This document shows positions 1 to 9,253 of a stretch of 64,000 bases of DNA, one piece after another (the first letter of the stretch is position 1; each line of letters starts with the position of its first letter). Under the pieces are notes generated by a model. It saw nothing but the letters and a program-made list of their open reading frames with translations. It was not told the origin of the DNA and searched no databases. The DNA lies in assembly GCA_021780225.1 (NCBI GenBank), contig JAJXZF010000061.1, positions 18,324 to 82,323 of the forward strand, read 5' to 3'. Position numbers and translations under genes: made by a program. This stretch comes from Deltaproteobacteria bacterium (GTDB taxonomy: Bacteria; Desulfobacterota; Binatia; Binatales; Binataceae).

Positions 1-302
1 GCGCGCGCCAGATCTTCCGGCGCAAGCACCGACAAAATCGCCAGCGCCAGGCGCGGGCCGACGTGCTGCACGCCGAGCAGCAGATCGAACGCCTGCTTTT
101 CAGCAGGGGTCGCGAACCCGTACAGCGCGATCGCGTCTTCGCGCACGACCTGGCGAATTTCGAGTTCGGCCGCCGCCCCGACGCCGGGGATTCGGTAATA
201 AGTCGGCAGCGGCACGAAAATCTCGTAACCGACGCCGGCCGCTTCGAGCACCACCCGGCCCGCCTCGCGCGTGCGCACGCGGCCCGCGATCGACGCGATC
301 AC
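1..302 (-). CDS. ruvA: Holliday junction branch-migration protein RuvA, N-terminal part (3' end runs off the window)
   Basis: Not in the ORF track. Manual minus-strand translation from GTG at 302 (GTGA overlap with the ruvC stop) gives VIASIAGRVRTREAGRVVLEAAGVGYEIFVPLPTYYRIPGVGAAAELEIRQVVREDAIALYGFATPAEKQAFDLLLGVQHVGPRLALAILSVLAPEDLAR, a typical RuvA N-terminus. yebC-ruvC-ruvA synteny supports it. Confidence 0.85.
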   Translation of the reverse strand, partial: MIASIAGRVRTREAGRVVLEAAGVGYEIFVPLPTYYRIPGVGAAAELEIRQVVREDAIALYGFATPAEKQAFDLLLGVQHVGPRLALAILSVLAPEDLAR

Positions 303-829
303 AGCGCCCTCGCCGAATTCGCCCGCGCGCGGCGCGGCGGTTCGGGCCGGGGCGCACGGGCGCGAAAGGCGTGGCAGAGCGCGATCGCGAGCGCGTCGGA
401 CGCGTCGTCGGCGAGCGCGACGCCCGCCGCGAGACCGAGCGTGCGGCGCACCATGTCCTTGACCTGGCGCTTGTCGGCGCGGCCGAAGCCCGCGATCGTG
501 AGCTTGACGTCGGTAGGATTGTATTCGAACAATTCGAGTTCGCGCTCCGCCGCCGCCAGCATCGCCATCGCGCGCGCCTCGCCAAGCTTGAACGCGCTCT
601 GCACGTTGAGCGCGGCGAAACTGCGCTCGAGACTGACGACCTCGGGGCGCAAGCGATCGATCAGCTCAAGCAGCCCGTCGTGGATTTCCTTGAGCCGCGC
701 CGGACCGCGCAGCGCGGCGCGCGGCCGGATCGTGCCGGCGGCTAAAAATCGGAGCGCGCCGGCGCGCTCTATCAACCCCCATCCGCAAACCGCATTTCCG
801 GGATCGATTCCCAGCACCCGCATCCTCAT
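299..829 (-). CDS. ruvC: Crossover junction endodeoxyribonuclease RuvC
   Basis: MRVLGIDPGNAVCGWGLIE start and length (~175 aa) are typical of RuvC. It lies between yebC and ruvA. Confidence 0.9.
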   Translation of the reverse strand: MRMRVLGIDPGNAVCGWGLIERAGALRFLAAGTIRPRAALRGPARLKEIHDGLLELIDRLRPEVVSLERSFAALNVQSAFKLGEARAMAMLAAAERELELFEYNPTDVKLTIAGFGRADKRQVKDMVRRTLGLAAGVALADDASDALAIALCHAFRARAPRPEPPRRARANSARAL

Positions 830-887
830 CCCCTGGCCGCCGCCCCTTATTCCGCCGCGGGCCGCCCGGCCTGATTGCCGGAAAATT

Positions 888-1640
888 TTACGCGGCGGAC
901 AGCCGCGCCATCTCTTCGGTGTCCATCTCGAAGTTCGCCGCGACGCCCTGCACGTCGTCGTGATCTTCGAGCTCTTCCATCAGCTTCAGCACCTGCTCGG
1001 CGGCGTTGCCCGAGACCTTGACGGTATTCTCGGGCAACTTGGCGATCTCGGCGCTCGCGATCGCGATTCCCGCCTTTTCGAGCGCGTCGCGCACGGCGGC
1101 GAAATTCTCCGGCGCGGACACGACCTGAAAGCCGTCGTCTTCGCTGACGACGTCGTCGGCGCCGGCTTCAAGCGCAAGTTCGATCAGCTTCTCCTCGTCG
1201 GCGGCGCCCTTGTCGATCGCGATTACGCCGCGCTTCTTGAACATCCACGTGACGCATCCCGACTCGCCCAGATTCCCGCCGTGACGCGAGAACATATGAC
1301 GCAACTCGGCCACCACGCGGTTGCGATTGTCGGTGAAAATGTCGGCGATAACCGCGACGCCGCCCGGACCGTAGCCTTCGTAAGTAATCTCTTCGAGCGT
1401 GCCGCCGCCCAGCTCGCCGGTGCCCTTTTTGATCGCCCGATCGATATTGTCGTTGGGCATCGATTGAGCCTTGGCGGCCGCGATCGCCGTGCGCAGGCGC
1501 GGGTTCGCGCCCGCGTCGCCGCCGCCGAGCCGCGCGGCGATCGTGATTTCCTTAATCAGCTTGGTGAAGATCTTGCCGCGCTTCGCGTCGCGGGCCGCCT
1601 TCTTATGCTTGATTGAACTCCACTTGGAATGACCAGACAT
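888..1640 (-). CDS. yebC: YebC/PmpR family DNA-binding transcriptional regulator
   Basis: [32 protein letters not shown] is the hallmark YebC N-terminus. 250 aa. Confidence 0.9.
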   Translation of the reverse strand: MSGHSKWSSIKHKKAARDAKRGKIFTKLIKEITIAARLGGGDAGANPRLRTAIAAAKAQSMPNDNIDRAIKKGTGELGGGTLEEITYEGYGPGGVAVIADIFTDNRNRVVAELRHMFSRHGGNLGESGCVTWMFKKRGVIAIDKGAADEEKLIELALEAGADDVVSEDDGFQVVSAPENFAAVRDALEKAGIAIASAEIAKLPENTVKVSGNAAEQVLKLMEELEDHDDVQGVAANFEMDTEEMARLSAA

Positions 1641-1780
1641 CGCTTAAGCCTCCGAAGCCCGCACCCGCGGCGCTCCTGAATCAGTCCGAGGTTAGCACAT
1701 CGCGTGCGGGCGTTGGGAGCCGCCCGAACGCTCAGGAACGGTCGAAAGCGCGGCTTTGACGCCCTATTCTGCTATGATTC

Positions 1781-2311
1781 GTGATCGCCGTGAGCAATTT
1801 CCGCATCATCGTGGCGTTCGTTCTCGCGTTGCCGGCGAGCGGATGTTTCTATCCGCCGACGACCGCGCCGCCGCCCCCGTCCGACCGTCAGACGCGCATA
1901 CCAATACCCTTCGATCTGGCGTGGGACGCGGTCCGTTCGGTGATCGTCCGGAACGATTTCAATATCATTGCCGAGGATCCGAATAACGGCGTGATCGAAA
2001 GCGAGGCGCCGGGCGGATTCAGCCTCAAGCAGGCCGATTGCGGCAAGCTGCGCACGGTCGCGACAAAATACGACGCCAAGCCCAATGACGCCGCGACCGC
2101 GGTTTACAATTTCACGGTCAAGCCCGCCGGCGACGAGGCCGCCACCGTATCCGTGCAGGCCACCTACAGGTCGCAACTGCACGTGCCGATCAGACCGCTG
2201 ACGGACGAGCGATGCGTTTCGCGCGGCGTCGCCGAGGCGGCGTTGCTGAAGCAGATCGAGAAGCAGGCGAAGCTGGAACATCGTCCGAGCTTCAAGCCCT
2301 CCGCCGATTAG
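1781..2311 (+). CDS. Hypothetical lipoprotein
   Basis: N-terminus SNFRIIVAFVLALPASGC has a lipobox-like LPASG-C. GTG start at 1781, or alternatively 1790. No family recognised. Confidence 0.55.
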   Translation: MIAVSNFRIIVAFVLALPASGCFYPPTTAPPPPSDRQTRIPIPFDLAWDAVRSVIVRNDFNIIAEDPNNGVIESEAPGGFSLKQADCGKLRTVATKYDAKPNDAATAVYNFTVKPAGDEAATVSVQATYRSQLHVPIRPLTDERCVSRGVAEAALLKQIEKQAKLEHRPSFKPSAD

Positions 2312-3023
2312 CGCGCCGGGCGCGTCCGGACGCCGCCGCCCGGACGGGAATCGTGCGCCGGAAGGTACCCCATCCCCAGATTCCCATCAGCGCGAATCCG
2401 GCATAGGCCGCGACGAGCGACCATGCGCGTCCGATCGGCCCGGTGACTTCCGCGCGCCGAATCGCGTCGAGATCGTAAACCGGCCCCGCGCCCGGCGGCG
2501 GAGCCTCAATCCGCACGACTCGCGCGTCGCGGAAGAACGCCTTGCCGCGCGTGAGATTCATGTAGCCGCCGAGCCGCAGCGCGAAATCGACGTCGGCGCC
2601 GGGCGGACCGATTTTCAAATAGAAGCCGATTCGCCGCCAGTCGGTGGTTTCGCGCAGATCGGGCGAGATGATCCCGTCTTCCATGGCGCTAATCGTCGCG
2701 CCGGTGAAATATTTGGAGGCGTCGTCGGTGCGCGCCTCGACGCTGGCGTAATACCATCCCGGCGCCAGCGGCAGGGTCTGCAGCCAGCGCGCGTCGTTGT
2801 CGTGAAGGGTGTTGATTTCGAGCTCGGCCGATGCGCCGTTTTGCGGCGCAATCCAGGCGTAAGTGGTCGCCGCCGGATCCAGGATCCACGCGTCCGTGCG
2901 CCAGCCGTCGCAGGTGGCGCCGGAGCCTTGGCGAAAGTCGCCGTTGGTCAGGAGGTTTCGCGATCCGGCGTGCGCGCTTGCGAATGCGCAGGCAATTATC
3001 GCTACGACGATCGCCGCCGCCAT
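2292..3023 (-). CDS. Membrane-anchored protein with a carbohydrate-binding-module-like (CBM4/9-like) domain
   Basis: Only the last 243 codons of track ORF 2292..4292 are plausible: ATG at 3023, 27 nt after the stop of the upstream gene. It has a signal/anchor MAAAIVVAIIACAFASAHA, then NLLTNGDFRQGSG...W typical of CBM-type beta-sandwich domains. A C-terminal TM helix plus basic tail follows. Confidence 0.55.
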   Translation of the reverse strand: MAAAIVVAIIACAFASAHAGSRNLLTNGDFRQGSGATCDGWRTDAWILDPAATTYAWIAPQNGASAELEINTLHDNDARWLQTLPLAPGWYYASVEARTDDASKYFTGATISAMEDGIISPDLRETTDWRRIGFYLKIGPPGADVDFALRLGGYMNLTRGKAFFRDARVVRIEAPPPGAGPVYDLDAIRRAEVTGPIGRAWSLVAAYAGFALMGIWGWGTFRRTIPVRAAASGRARRANRRRA

Positions 3024-3049
3024 GACGCCGCGCAGGATTTTTACGCCCG

Positions 3050-6000
3050 TCAAATCCAGTTTCTCAGCCCCGGTCCCTGAAACCACATCCGTGCGTAATA
3101 TCCGGCGCGCGAGATCGGCGTGCCGAGCCATACCGGCATGAAATAGACCGTCACCGCCGCCGCGCAGCCCAGATACGCGACACAGGTGAGCCGGCCGCAG
3201 GCTTTGCGATTGCGCACAGTGAGCGCCCAGCCGATCGCGAGCGCGATCCAAAGCGGCACGCCAGCCATCAGCCGATAGCGCTCGGGAATAAACGCCGGCT
3301 GCATCACCGACGCGATATGTCCAAGCCCAATCACGATCGGCGCGAACAGCGCGGCCAGAAAGGCGATCGTTTCCCACCACTCCGCATCGCCGCGCCAGCA
3401 GTCGGCCATGGTTCCGGCCAGCGCCAGATAGCCGAAATAGACTGACGGCATGTAATGATAGAGGAACAAAATTCGTCCGATCGGGATCCAAATAACCCAA
3501 AAGGCGAAATAGCCGACGACGACGAACGCGCGCGTGATTTCCGGCCGCTCGAGCACCCGAATCAGCGCGATCGTGATCGCGGGAATCACGCCCCACCACA
3601 GCACCGGATTGCCCGCCCCCCAGATGGTCGCGACGATATTCCCGTGCGCGGGGAAGTTCTGCCAGTACGCGACCGGCCGCAGCATCAATAGCCAACTCCA
3701 CCAGGGCGAGGCGTAGGGATGGGTCGCCGTGGCGACGCTCTTCTCGTACCACATCACGTCTTTGTAGTAGTGGAACAGGTCGCTGATCCCGCCCCACCAT
3801 CCCAGCGTGTAATGCGGAATGAAGCAGGCCAGATAGAAGATTCCGCCGAGCGATCCAAGGATAAACGCGGCGCCGATCGCCCTGCGCGTGCGCACGGCTT
3901 GAGCGAGCGCTGGCGCGCCGGGACCGTCCGGGCGCATCACGGCGAAAAGCGCATAGCCGCCGGCCAGCAGAAAAACGATTCCCGGCACGTACAGCTTCGA
4001 TCCCAAGCAAAGGCCGAGCGCGGCCCCCATGAAAAGCAGATTGCGGAGACGGCGGTTCGGCTCCGGATCCTGCATCAGGCGGAACAAAAACAAATAAGAA
4101 AGCGCGGCCAAAGTTAAATAAACGATATCGATTACCGCGATCCGCGAATCCACGATAAAAAAACCGTCGAGCGCGATGAAACTCGCGGCCAAGGTCGCCG
4201 CCAGCCGCGATTTGAACATCCGCCGCGCCAGCAGGTAGGTGATTCCGACCATCGCCGTGCCCAGCGTCGCCGTGCCGAGCCGCCACGCCCACGAATGGTC
4301 GCCAAACATCAGGATGCCGAGCGCGCTGAGCAGCTTCGCGAGCGGCGGATGGGGATCGAGGAAGCGCTCATGATGCAGATAATGGCGCGCCTGGCCAACG
4401 AAATGCACTTCATCGAAGACCAGTTCCGGCGGATGACTGAGACGCCAGAAACGCAAAACGCCGGCGACTGCGGTTATTACGCCCAGCAGCAGCGAATCGA
4501 GCGAACGCCAAGCGAATGGCGCCATGAACTCTTTTGACGGCGGTGGAAAATCAAGGCCGCGCCTGATCCATCCAAAGCGCGTGCCGAGCCATTCTTCAGC
4601 GTTGCCGTCCGCGGCCGATGCGCCCTGCGCGCTTGAAGCCGCGGCGGCAGTTTCGGCCGGCCGGCGATGGCGTCGCGAGTCATAGACGATCGCGCCGGCA
4701 AAAATCGCCACATTCGCCAGCGCGGTGGTCATTGCGACGGCATCTCGGGGGCCCATAAAAACCACGGTGTTCAGAATATGCAGGACATAAGCCAGATTCA
4801 CGAAACAGGTAACCGTGACCAGTCCGAAAATGGCCAGCATCGCCGGCTCCGCCAGCGCCAGCGGCGCCGCGAAAGCGAGCGCCGCATACTGATAACGCTC
4901 GTGCATCCGCGGCGCCAGCACGAAACATCCGAATATGGTGATGAAGCTCGCGAAGAGCAGATTGCGACGGCTCGGCGACCGCCAAACAATCCAGGCGGCG
5001 TAAAGATAAAGCGGAACCAGCAGGGCCATGCCGAGCTTGAAGCACGACATTCCGAACACGAGCGTCGAATCCGGCCGCCGCACGCCGCCTAGCAACGCCA
5101 TCAGATTGAAAGCGTTGACCGTCGTCTCGTGATAGTAGGCGGCGCCGGACAGATAGAGTTGCGGCAGCAGGTCCCATCCGTGACCTAATTGAAACGGCGC
5201 CGCGCCGATTACGATTACCGCTACGAAGCACAACGCCGCCCGCCACCATCGCCGTGCGTCGAAGCGCAGCAGCGTCCAGACTCCCAGCACCGGCAGCAGC
5301 ATCAGACCCTGCGGCTTCATCAACGCCGCCAGCGCCGCGACGCCCCATCCGATTTCAAATTCGCCGTCCGCTATCAGCGCCGCGCTCAGGAACATCGCGA
5401 GCGCCAATGGAGCGTCGTTCTCGCCCCACACGACCGAATCGAACAGAAACGCCGGATTGAGCGCGACGAGCAGCATCGCCGCCCAGGCCGAGCGGGGCCG
5501 ATTCATCCGGCGCACGAAAAGAAAGACTGCCCACGCCAAAAGCAGGTCGCCGACCAGCGGCGGCGTCTCGATCCAAACCTTGAGCCAGAGACCATTGGAT
5601 ACGCCGAAGGCCCGCGCGGCCGCTCCCGCCGCCCACAGCCAATAGAGATAGCCGGGCGGATAATCCAGGAAATACCCCCGAGCATAGGTTTGAGCTGGAC
5701 CCAAAGCCGCGATTCTGAGCGCCCATGACTCGAACGTGCCGATATCGGTCGCGAAGCCGTGCGTAAGGAACAGCATCGGCGCCTTGACCGCGAACAACGC
5801 GATCAAAACCGCCAACGCCCGATACGGTCCGCGATCGTCAGCTCGAAGCAGGGGAGCGGCCAGCAGCCACAATCCGTACAGGACCAGCGCGGCAAGAATT
5901 AAACCGGCGGCGACGCCGGCGCTCTTGCCGGTAACCCCGGCATAGGCATCGCCCCCGTCCGCGAGCGCATTCGCCCTCGCGGCGGCGATCGCGCCAACGA

Positions 6001-6076
6001 TTAACAGGCCAACCCGCGCCGCGCGCGTCGCTGATCGATCATTTGCGAACATCGGCGAGATTTTCTTCCGCTTCAC
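3050..6076 (-). CDS. Fusion of two GT-C fold membrane glycosyltransferase modules: N-terminal Gpi18/PIG-V-like (YPPGY motif) and C-terminal GT39 PMT-like
   Basis: 1008 aa polytopic protein. The N-terminal half has TDIGTFESWA...DYPPGYLYWLW...WGENDAP. The C-terminal half has the PMT-type loop ELVFDEVHFVGQARHY plus a long TM array. Family names come from remembered motifs, not a search. Confidence 0.75.
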   Translation of the reverse strand: MKRKKISPMFANDRSATRAARVGLLIVGAIAAARANALADGGDAYAGVTGKSAGVAAGLILAALVLYGLWLLAAPLLRADDRGPYRALAVLIALFAVKAPMLFLTHGFATDIGTFESWALRIAALGPAQTYARGYFLDYPPGYLYWLWAAGAAARAFGVSNGLWLKVWIETPPLVGDLLLAWAVFLFVRRMNRPRSAWAAMLLVALNPAFLFDSVVWGENDAPLALAMFLSAALIADGEFEIGWGVAALAALMKPQGLMLLPVLGVWTLLRFDARRWWRAALCFVAVIVIGAAPFQLGHGWDLLPQLYLSGAAYYHETTVNAFNLMALLGGVRRPDSTLVFGMSCFKLGMALLVPLYLYAAWIVWRSPSRRNLLFASFITIFGCFVLAPRMHERYQYAALAFAAPLALAEPAMLAIFGLVTVTCFVNLAYVLHILNTVVFMGPRDAVAMTTALANVAIFAGAIVYDSRRHRRPAETAAAASSAQGASAADGNAEEWLGTRFGWIRRGLDFPPPSKEFMAPFAWRSLDSLLLGVITAVAGVLRFWRLSHPPELVFDEVHFVGQARHYLHHERFLDPHPPLAKLLSALGILMFGDHSWAWRLGTATLGTAMVGITYLLARRMFKSRLAATLAASFIALDGFFIVDSRIAVIDIVYLTLAALSYLFLFRLMQDPEPNRRLRNLLFMGAALGLCLGSKLYVPGIVFLLAGGYALFAVMRPDGPGAPALAQAVRTRRAIGAAFILGSLGGIFYLACFIPHYTLGWWGGISDLFHYYKDVMWYEKSVATATHPYASPWWSWLLMLRPVAYWQNFPAHGNIVATIWGAGNPVLWWGVIPAITIALIRVLERPEITRAFVVVGYFAFWVIWIPIGRILFLYHYMPSVYFGYLALAGTMADCWRGDAEWWETIAFLAALFAPIVIGLGHIASVMQPAFIPERYRLMAGVPLWIALAIGWALTVRNRKACGRLTCVAYLGCAAAVTVYFMPVWLGTPISRAGYYARMWFQGPGLRNWI

Positions 6077-6248
6077 GCCGCCCTTGCCGCCGCATTCCCG
6101 CCGCAGGCGCCGAGACGCATCGGGCAGGGTAGCGCACCGGCCGCCGGAGATGAACGCCCGTCGTCGTCCGGCCGGACGATTCGCAATCGTTTCGCTGGCG
6201 GATACGGCCGAGCCGGGTCTAAGATGCGCGCCGGGAGGCTGCTTGCCG

Positions 6249-6905
6249 ATGAAACTCGTCCACTGCGCCTATGAACCCGCCGGAAGCGGGCCCTTTCCGA
6301 CCATCTTCGCGATGCATGGATGGGGTTCCAATGCGATGGATCTGCAAGGGCTGGCCCCGTTCGTCGCGGACGGAAGCTTCCTGGTAATTTGCCCGCAGGG
6401 GCCGGTGGAAGTGGAGATCGGCGCGGTCAACGGCTACGGATGGTATCCGATGCGGCTCGGGCCGCAGCCCGATCCCGATAAAGTCGACGCCGCCGTTGCA
6501 ACCTTGAGCGAATTTATCGACGAAGCGTCCGCCCGCTATCCCGTCGATCGCACGCGAGTCGTCGCCGCCGGCTTCAGTCAGGGCGGGATGATGGCCTACA
6601 GTCTGGCGGTGCGATGGCCGGAGCGGTTCGCCGCCTTGGTCGGCATCGCCACGGCGTTCCCCGAACGATTGACCGAGCTGGCGGGCGATCGCGCGGCGCT
6701 GGGCCGCCTGCCCGCGATGGTTCAGCATGGCCGTGCCGATCAGGCGATCGAAATTGCGCGGGCGCGCAAATCGGTCGAAGCGCTGCGCGACCTCGGCATC
6801 GAAGTGACCGCCCGCGAATACGATTGCGGCCACGAGGTCTCCGCCGACGGCATCCGCGATCTTTCGCGTTTTCTTGAAGAACGCATGCTGCGCCGCCGCG
6901 ATTAG
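6249..6905 (+). CDS. Alpha/beta hydrolase, phospholipase/carboxylesterase family
   Basis: ATG at 6249 is preceded by GGGAGG. FAMHGWGSN and the nucleophile elbow GFSQGG are present, with a C-terminal CGHEV histidine region. Confidence 0.75.
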   Translation: MKLVHCAYEPAGSGPFPTIFAMHGWGSNAMDLQGLAPFVADGSFLVICPQGPVEVEIGAVNGYGWYPMRLGPQPDPDKVDAAVATLSEFIDEASARYPVDRTRVVAAGFSQGGMMAYSLAVRWPERFAALVGIATAFPERLTELAGDRAALGRLPAMVQHGRADQAIEIARARKSVEALRDLGIEVTAREYDCGHEVSADGIRDLSRFLEERMLRRRD

Positions 6906-6950
6906 GCCGCGCCGCTTTTTCGCCGCGCCCGCTATGCTAGTTTTGCGGCT

Positions 6951-7754
6951 ATGGCCGACGATGCCGCCAACGGAGCCGCCCGCGAATTTTCGCGTCTTTG
7001 CGGCATAATCCGCGAACTGCGCCACCGCTGTCCGTGGGATCGCGAACAGACGATCGCAAGCCTCGGACGTCATCTGGTCGAAGAGGCTTACGAATCCTTG
7101 GACGCGATCGAACGCGACTCGACGCCCGCGATCATTGACGAATTGGGCGACGTAATCGCGCAGGCGCTGGCGATCGGCGCGATCGCCGAAGAAGGCGGCC
7201 GCTTCACGGTCGCGCAGGTGATGGATGCGGCGGCGGACAAGCTCGTCCGCCGTCATCCGCACGTTTACGCCGGCGGGCAAGCCGGGACGTCCGCCGAGGT
7301 CGTCGCGAACTGGGAACGGATCAAACAGGCCGAACGCGGCGCCGCGGGCGCCGCATCCGCCCTCGACGGCGTCGCGCGGTCGTTGCCGGCCGCCACCCGC
7401 GCCGAAAAATTAGGGGCGCGGGCGCGCGCCGCCGGGATGGATTGGCGGGATATCCACGAGGTGCTCGCCAAGGTGCGCGAAGAGATGGACGAAGTCGAAG
7501 GCGCCCTTGCCGCCGACGATCTTGCCGGAGCGGCGGCGGAGATCGGCGATATGATGCTGGCGCTGGCGAACGCGCCGCGATTTATCGGCTATCGCGCGGA
7601 GGAGACGCTGCGCCGCGCCTGCGACAAGTTCGTCGCGCGCTTCGGCCGGGTCGAACGAATCGCGGCCGCGCGCGGACTCGATTTGCTAACGCTGCCGCCC
7701 GCGCGGCTCGACGACCTCTGGAACGAAGCGAAACGCGCCGAGACTGAAGATTAA
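6951..7754 (+). CDS. mazG: Nucleoside triphosphate pyrophosphohydrolase MazG
   Basis: CPWDREQT...EEAYE...ELGDV tandem MazG motifs. 267 aa. Confidence 0.85.
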   Translation: MADDAANGAAREFSRLCGIIRELRHRCPWDREQTIASLGRHLVEEAYESLDAIERDSTPAIIDELGDVIAQALAIGAIAEEGGRFTVAQVMDAAADKLVRRHPHVYAGGQAGTSAEVVANWERIKQAERGAAGAASALDGVARSLPAATRAEKLGARARAAGMDWRDIHEVLAKVREEMDEVEGALAADDLAGAAAEIGDMMLALANAPRFIGYRAEETLRRACDKFVARFGRVERIAAARGLDLLTLPPARLDDLWNEAKRAETED

Positions 7755-7770
7755 ACGCGACCCCGCCCCG

Positions 7771-7799
7771 TTGACCCGGCGCGAACCGGCTGTTAGTTA
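7771..7799 (+). promoter_or_regulatory. Candidate sigma70-type promoter of rpsT (TTGACC, 17 nt spacer, TGT-TAGTTA)
   Basis: TTGACC at 7771-7776, a 17 nt spacer, and an extended -10-like TGnTAGTTA at 7791-7799. The ATG of rpsT is at 7809, only about 10 nt after the -10. Confidence 0.4.
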
Positions 7800-7808
7800 A
7801 TTCTGGTT

Positions 7809-8111
7809 ATGCCGCATATTCCAGACCATCCGTCGGCCCGCAAGCGTCATCGCCAGAACCTCAAGCGCCAGGCGCGCAACCGTGCGATCAAAACGCGTGT
7901 GCGTACCGCCGCCAAAAACGCCCAGGAAGCGATCGCCGGAAGCGACGCGCAGGCCGCCGAAACCGCTCTGCGCCAAGCGATGAAGGCGCTCAACAAAGCC
8001 GCGACCAAGGGCGCGCTGCCGAAGAATACCGCCTCGCGCAAAATCGCCCGGCTATCCCGCCAGCTTCACAAAGCGCATCATGCCGCTCCGGCGCCGCAGC
8101 CGGGCGCCTGA
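7809..8111 (+). CDS. rpsT: 30S ribosomal protein S20
   Basis: SARKRHRQNLKRQARNRAIKTRVRT is a classic S20 N-terminus. Confidence 0.92.
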   Translation: MPHIPDHPSARKRHRQNLKRQARNRAIKTRVRTAAKNAQEAIAGSDAQAAETALRQAMKALNKAATKGALPKNTASRKIARLSRQLHKAHHAAPAPQPGA

Positions 8112-8148
8112 ATATTTCGGGATTTGAAACTCACGGCGCGCGCGCCGC

Positions 8149-9207
8149 TCACGCGCCCAATTCGAGCAACAATCCGCCAATCGCGGCTTCCCGTTCCCGC
8201 AGCGTTCCATTCTTGAAGCCGGCGTCGAGCTGACAGGCACGGCGATGCGCCTCAAAGAGGCGCCGCGCGCCGAAGCGCCTGGCGCCGTCGATCGCACGCG
8301 TCACCAGCGGACTCGATGGCGGCAGACCCAGAACGTGGGCGACTTCAGCCGCGTTTTTGCGCCGCTCGAGTATCGAGGCCGCCGCGAGCATCCGGCGCAT
8401 CGTGGGAATAATCTCGACGCCCAACAATTCGATCGGGTCGCGGCCCGACGCCACCGCCCGATCGAAAATCGCGACCGCCTCGGCGCCGCGGCCGCGCGCG
8501 ATACTCTCGGCAAGTTCGAACGGTTCCGGCGTGCGGCGGCCGGCGGCCTCGCCAAACGCCGCTCCGTCAATCCGCCCGCCGTTTTCCGCATGAATCGCCG
8601 CGCGCGCCAGCGCGTTGGCGATTCCGGATAGATCGGCGCCATGCCGCCCGACCAGCAGATCGGTCGCATCCGGCGCGAGCCGCAGACCGATCCGCCGTGC
8701 GAACAACTCGGCATATTGCCCCAGTTGATTGTCGAAAGGCCGCGGACAATTGATCGTCAGCCCAAGCTTTTCGACCACCCGCTTGAGCTTCGCCGGCAGC
8801 GTATCGCGTTCATAGAGAATCGCCGCGCGGACGTTGGCGGAAATCCGTTCGAGCGCGGCACCAAGCGCGGTCTCGTCGCCGGCGCGCCCCGCCCTGCTCT
8901 TTGACGATTCGGAAGACCCTTCGTCGTCGTCCGCGGCGCGCTCGCGATACGCGCGCATCACCCGGGCCACGACGAGGCGGCGCGGCGCAAAGAGGTCGGC
9001 GCCTTCAAGCTCGGCGATCGCCGCGCCAAAGCCGTCGCCGCCGGCGATTTGAAAGGAGCGCAAGCCGAAGCCGTCGCGCGCGGCGCGGTCGCGCAGCAGG
9101 TCAAGCACGTACTCGCGCAGGAACGCTTGCGGGCCGGCGATCAGCACGATCGGCGGCGGCTCGCGATCGGCGGCGCGCAGAAAACCGAGCGCATTTTCAG
9201 AAGCCAT
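8149..9207 (-). CDS. holA: DNA polymerase III subunit delta
   Basis: Size is 352 aa. The N-terminal IVLIAGPQAFLRE motif and the lptE-holA synteny support the call. Confidence 0.7.
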   Translation of the reverse strand: MASENALGFLRAADREPPPIVLIAGPQAFLREYVLDLLRDRAARDGFGLRSFQIAGGDGFGAAIAELEGADLFAPRRLVVARVMRAYRERAADDDEGSSESSKSRAGRAGDETALGAALERISANVRAAILYERDTLPAKLKRVVEKLGLTINCPRPFDNQLGQYAELFARRIGLRLAPDATDLLVGRHGADLSGIANALARAAIHAENGGRIDGAAFGEAAGRRTPEPFELAESIARGRGAEAVAIFDRAVASGRDPIELLGVEIIPTMRRMLAAASILERRKNAAEVAHVLGLPPSSPLVTRAIDGARRFGARRLFEAHRRACQLDAGFKNGTLREREAAIGGLLLELGA

Positions 9208-9253
9208 TGCCGGAAACGCCGATCGTTCGAGGCGAGACGCCGCAAATCGAAGT

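Noticed and set aside
63-1616. 517-aa plus-strand ORF spanning the ruvC and yebC region
   Set aside because: It is antisense to two well-supported genes. The translation is Arg/Ala/Ser-rich low complexity, typical of out-of-frame reading in high-GC DNA.
3024-4292. Upstream two-thirds of track ORF 2292..4292 (666 aa)
   Set aside because: It overlaps the 1008-aa GT-C gene in another frame and reads as Arg/Gly-rich nonsense. Only the last 243 codons, after the GT-C stop, look like a real protein.
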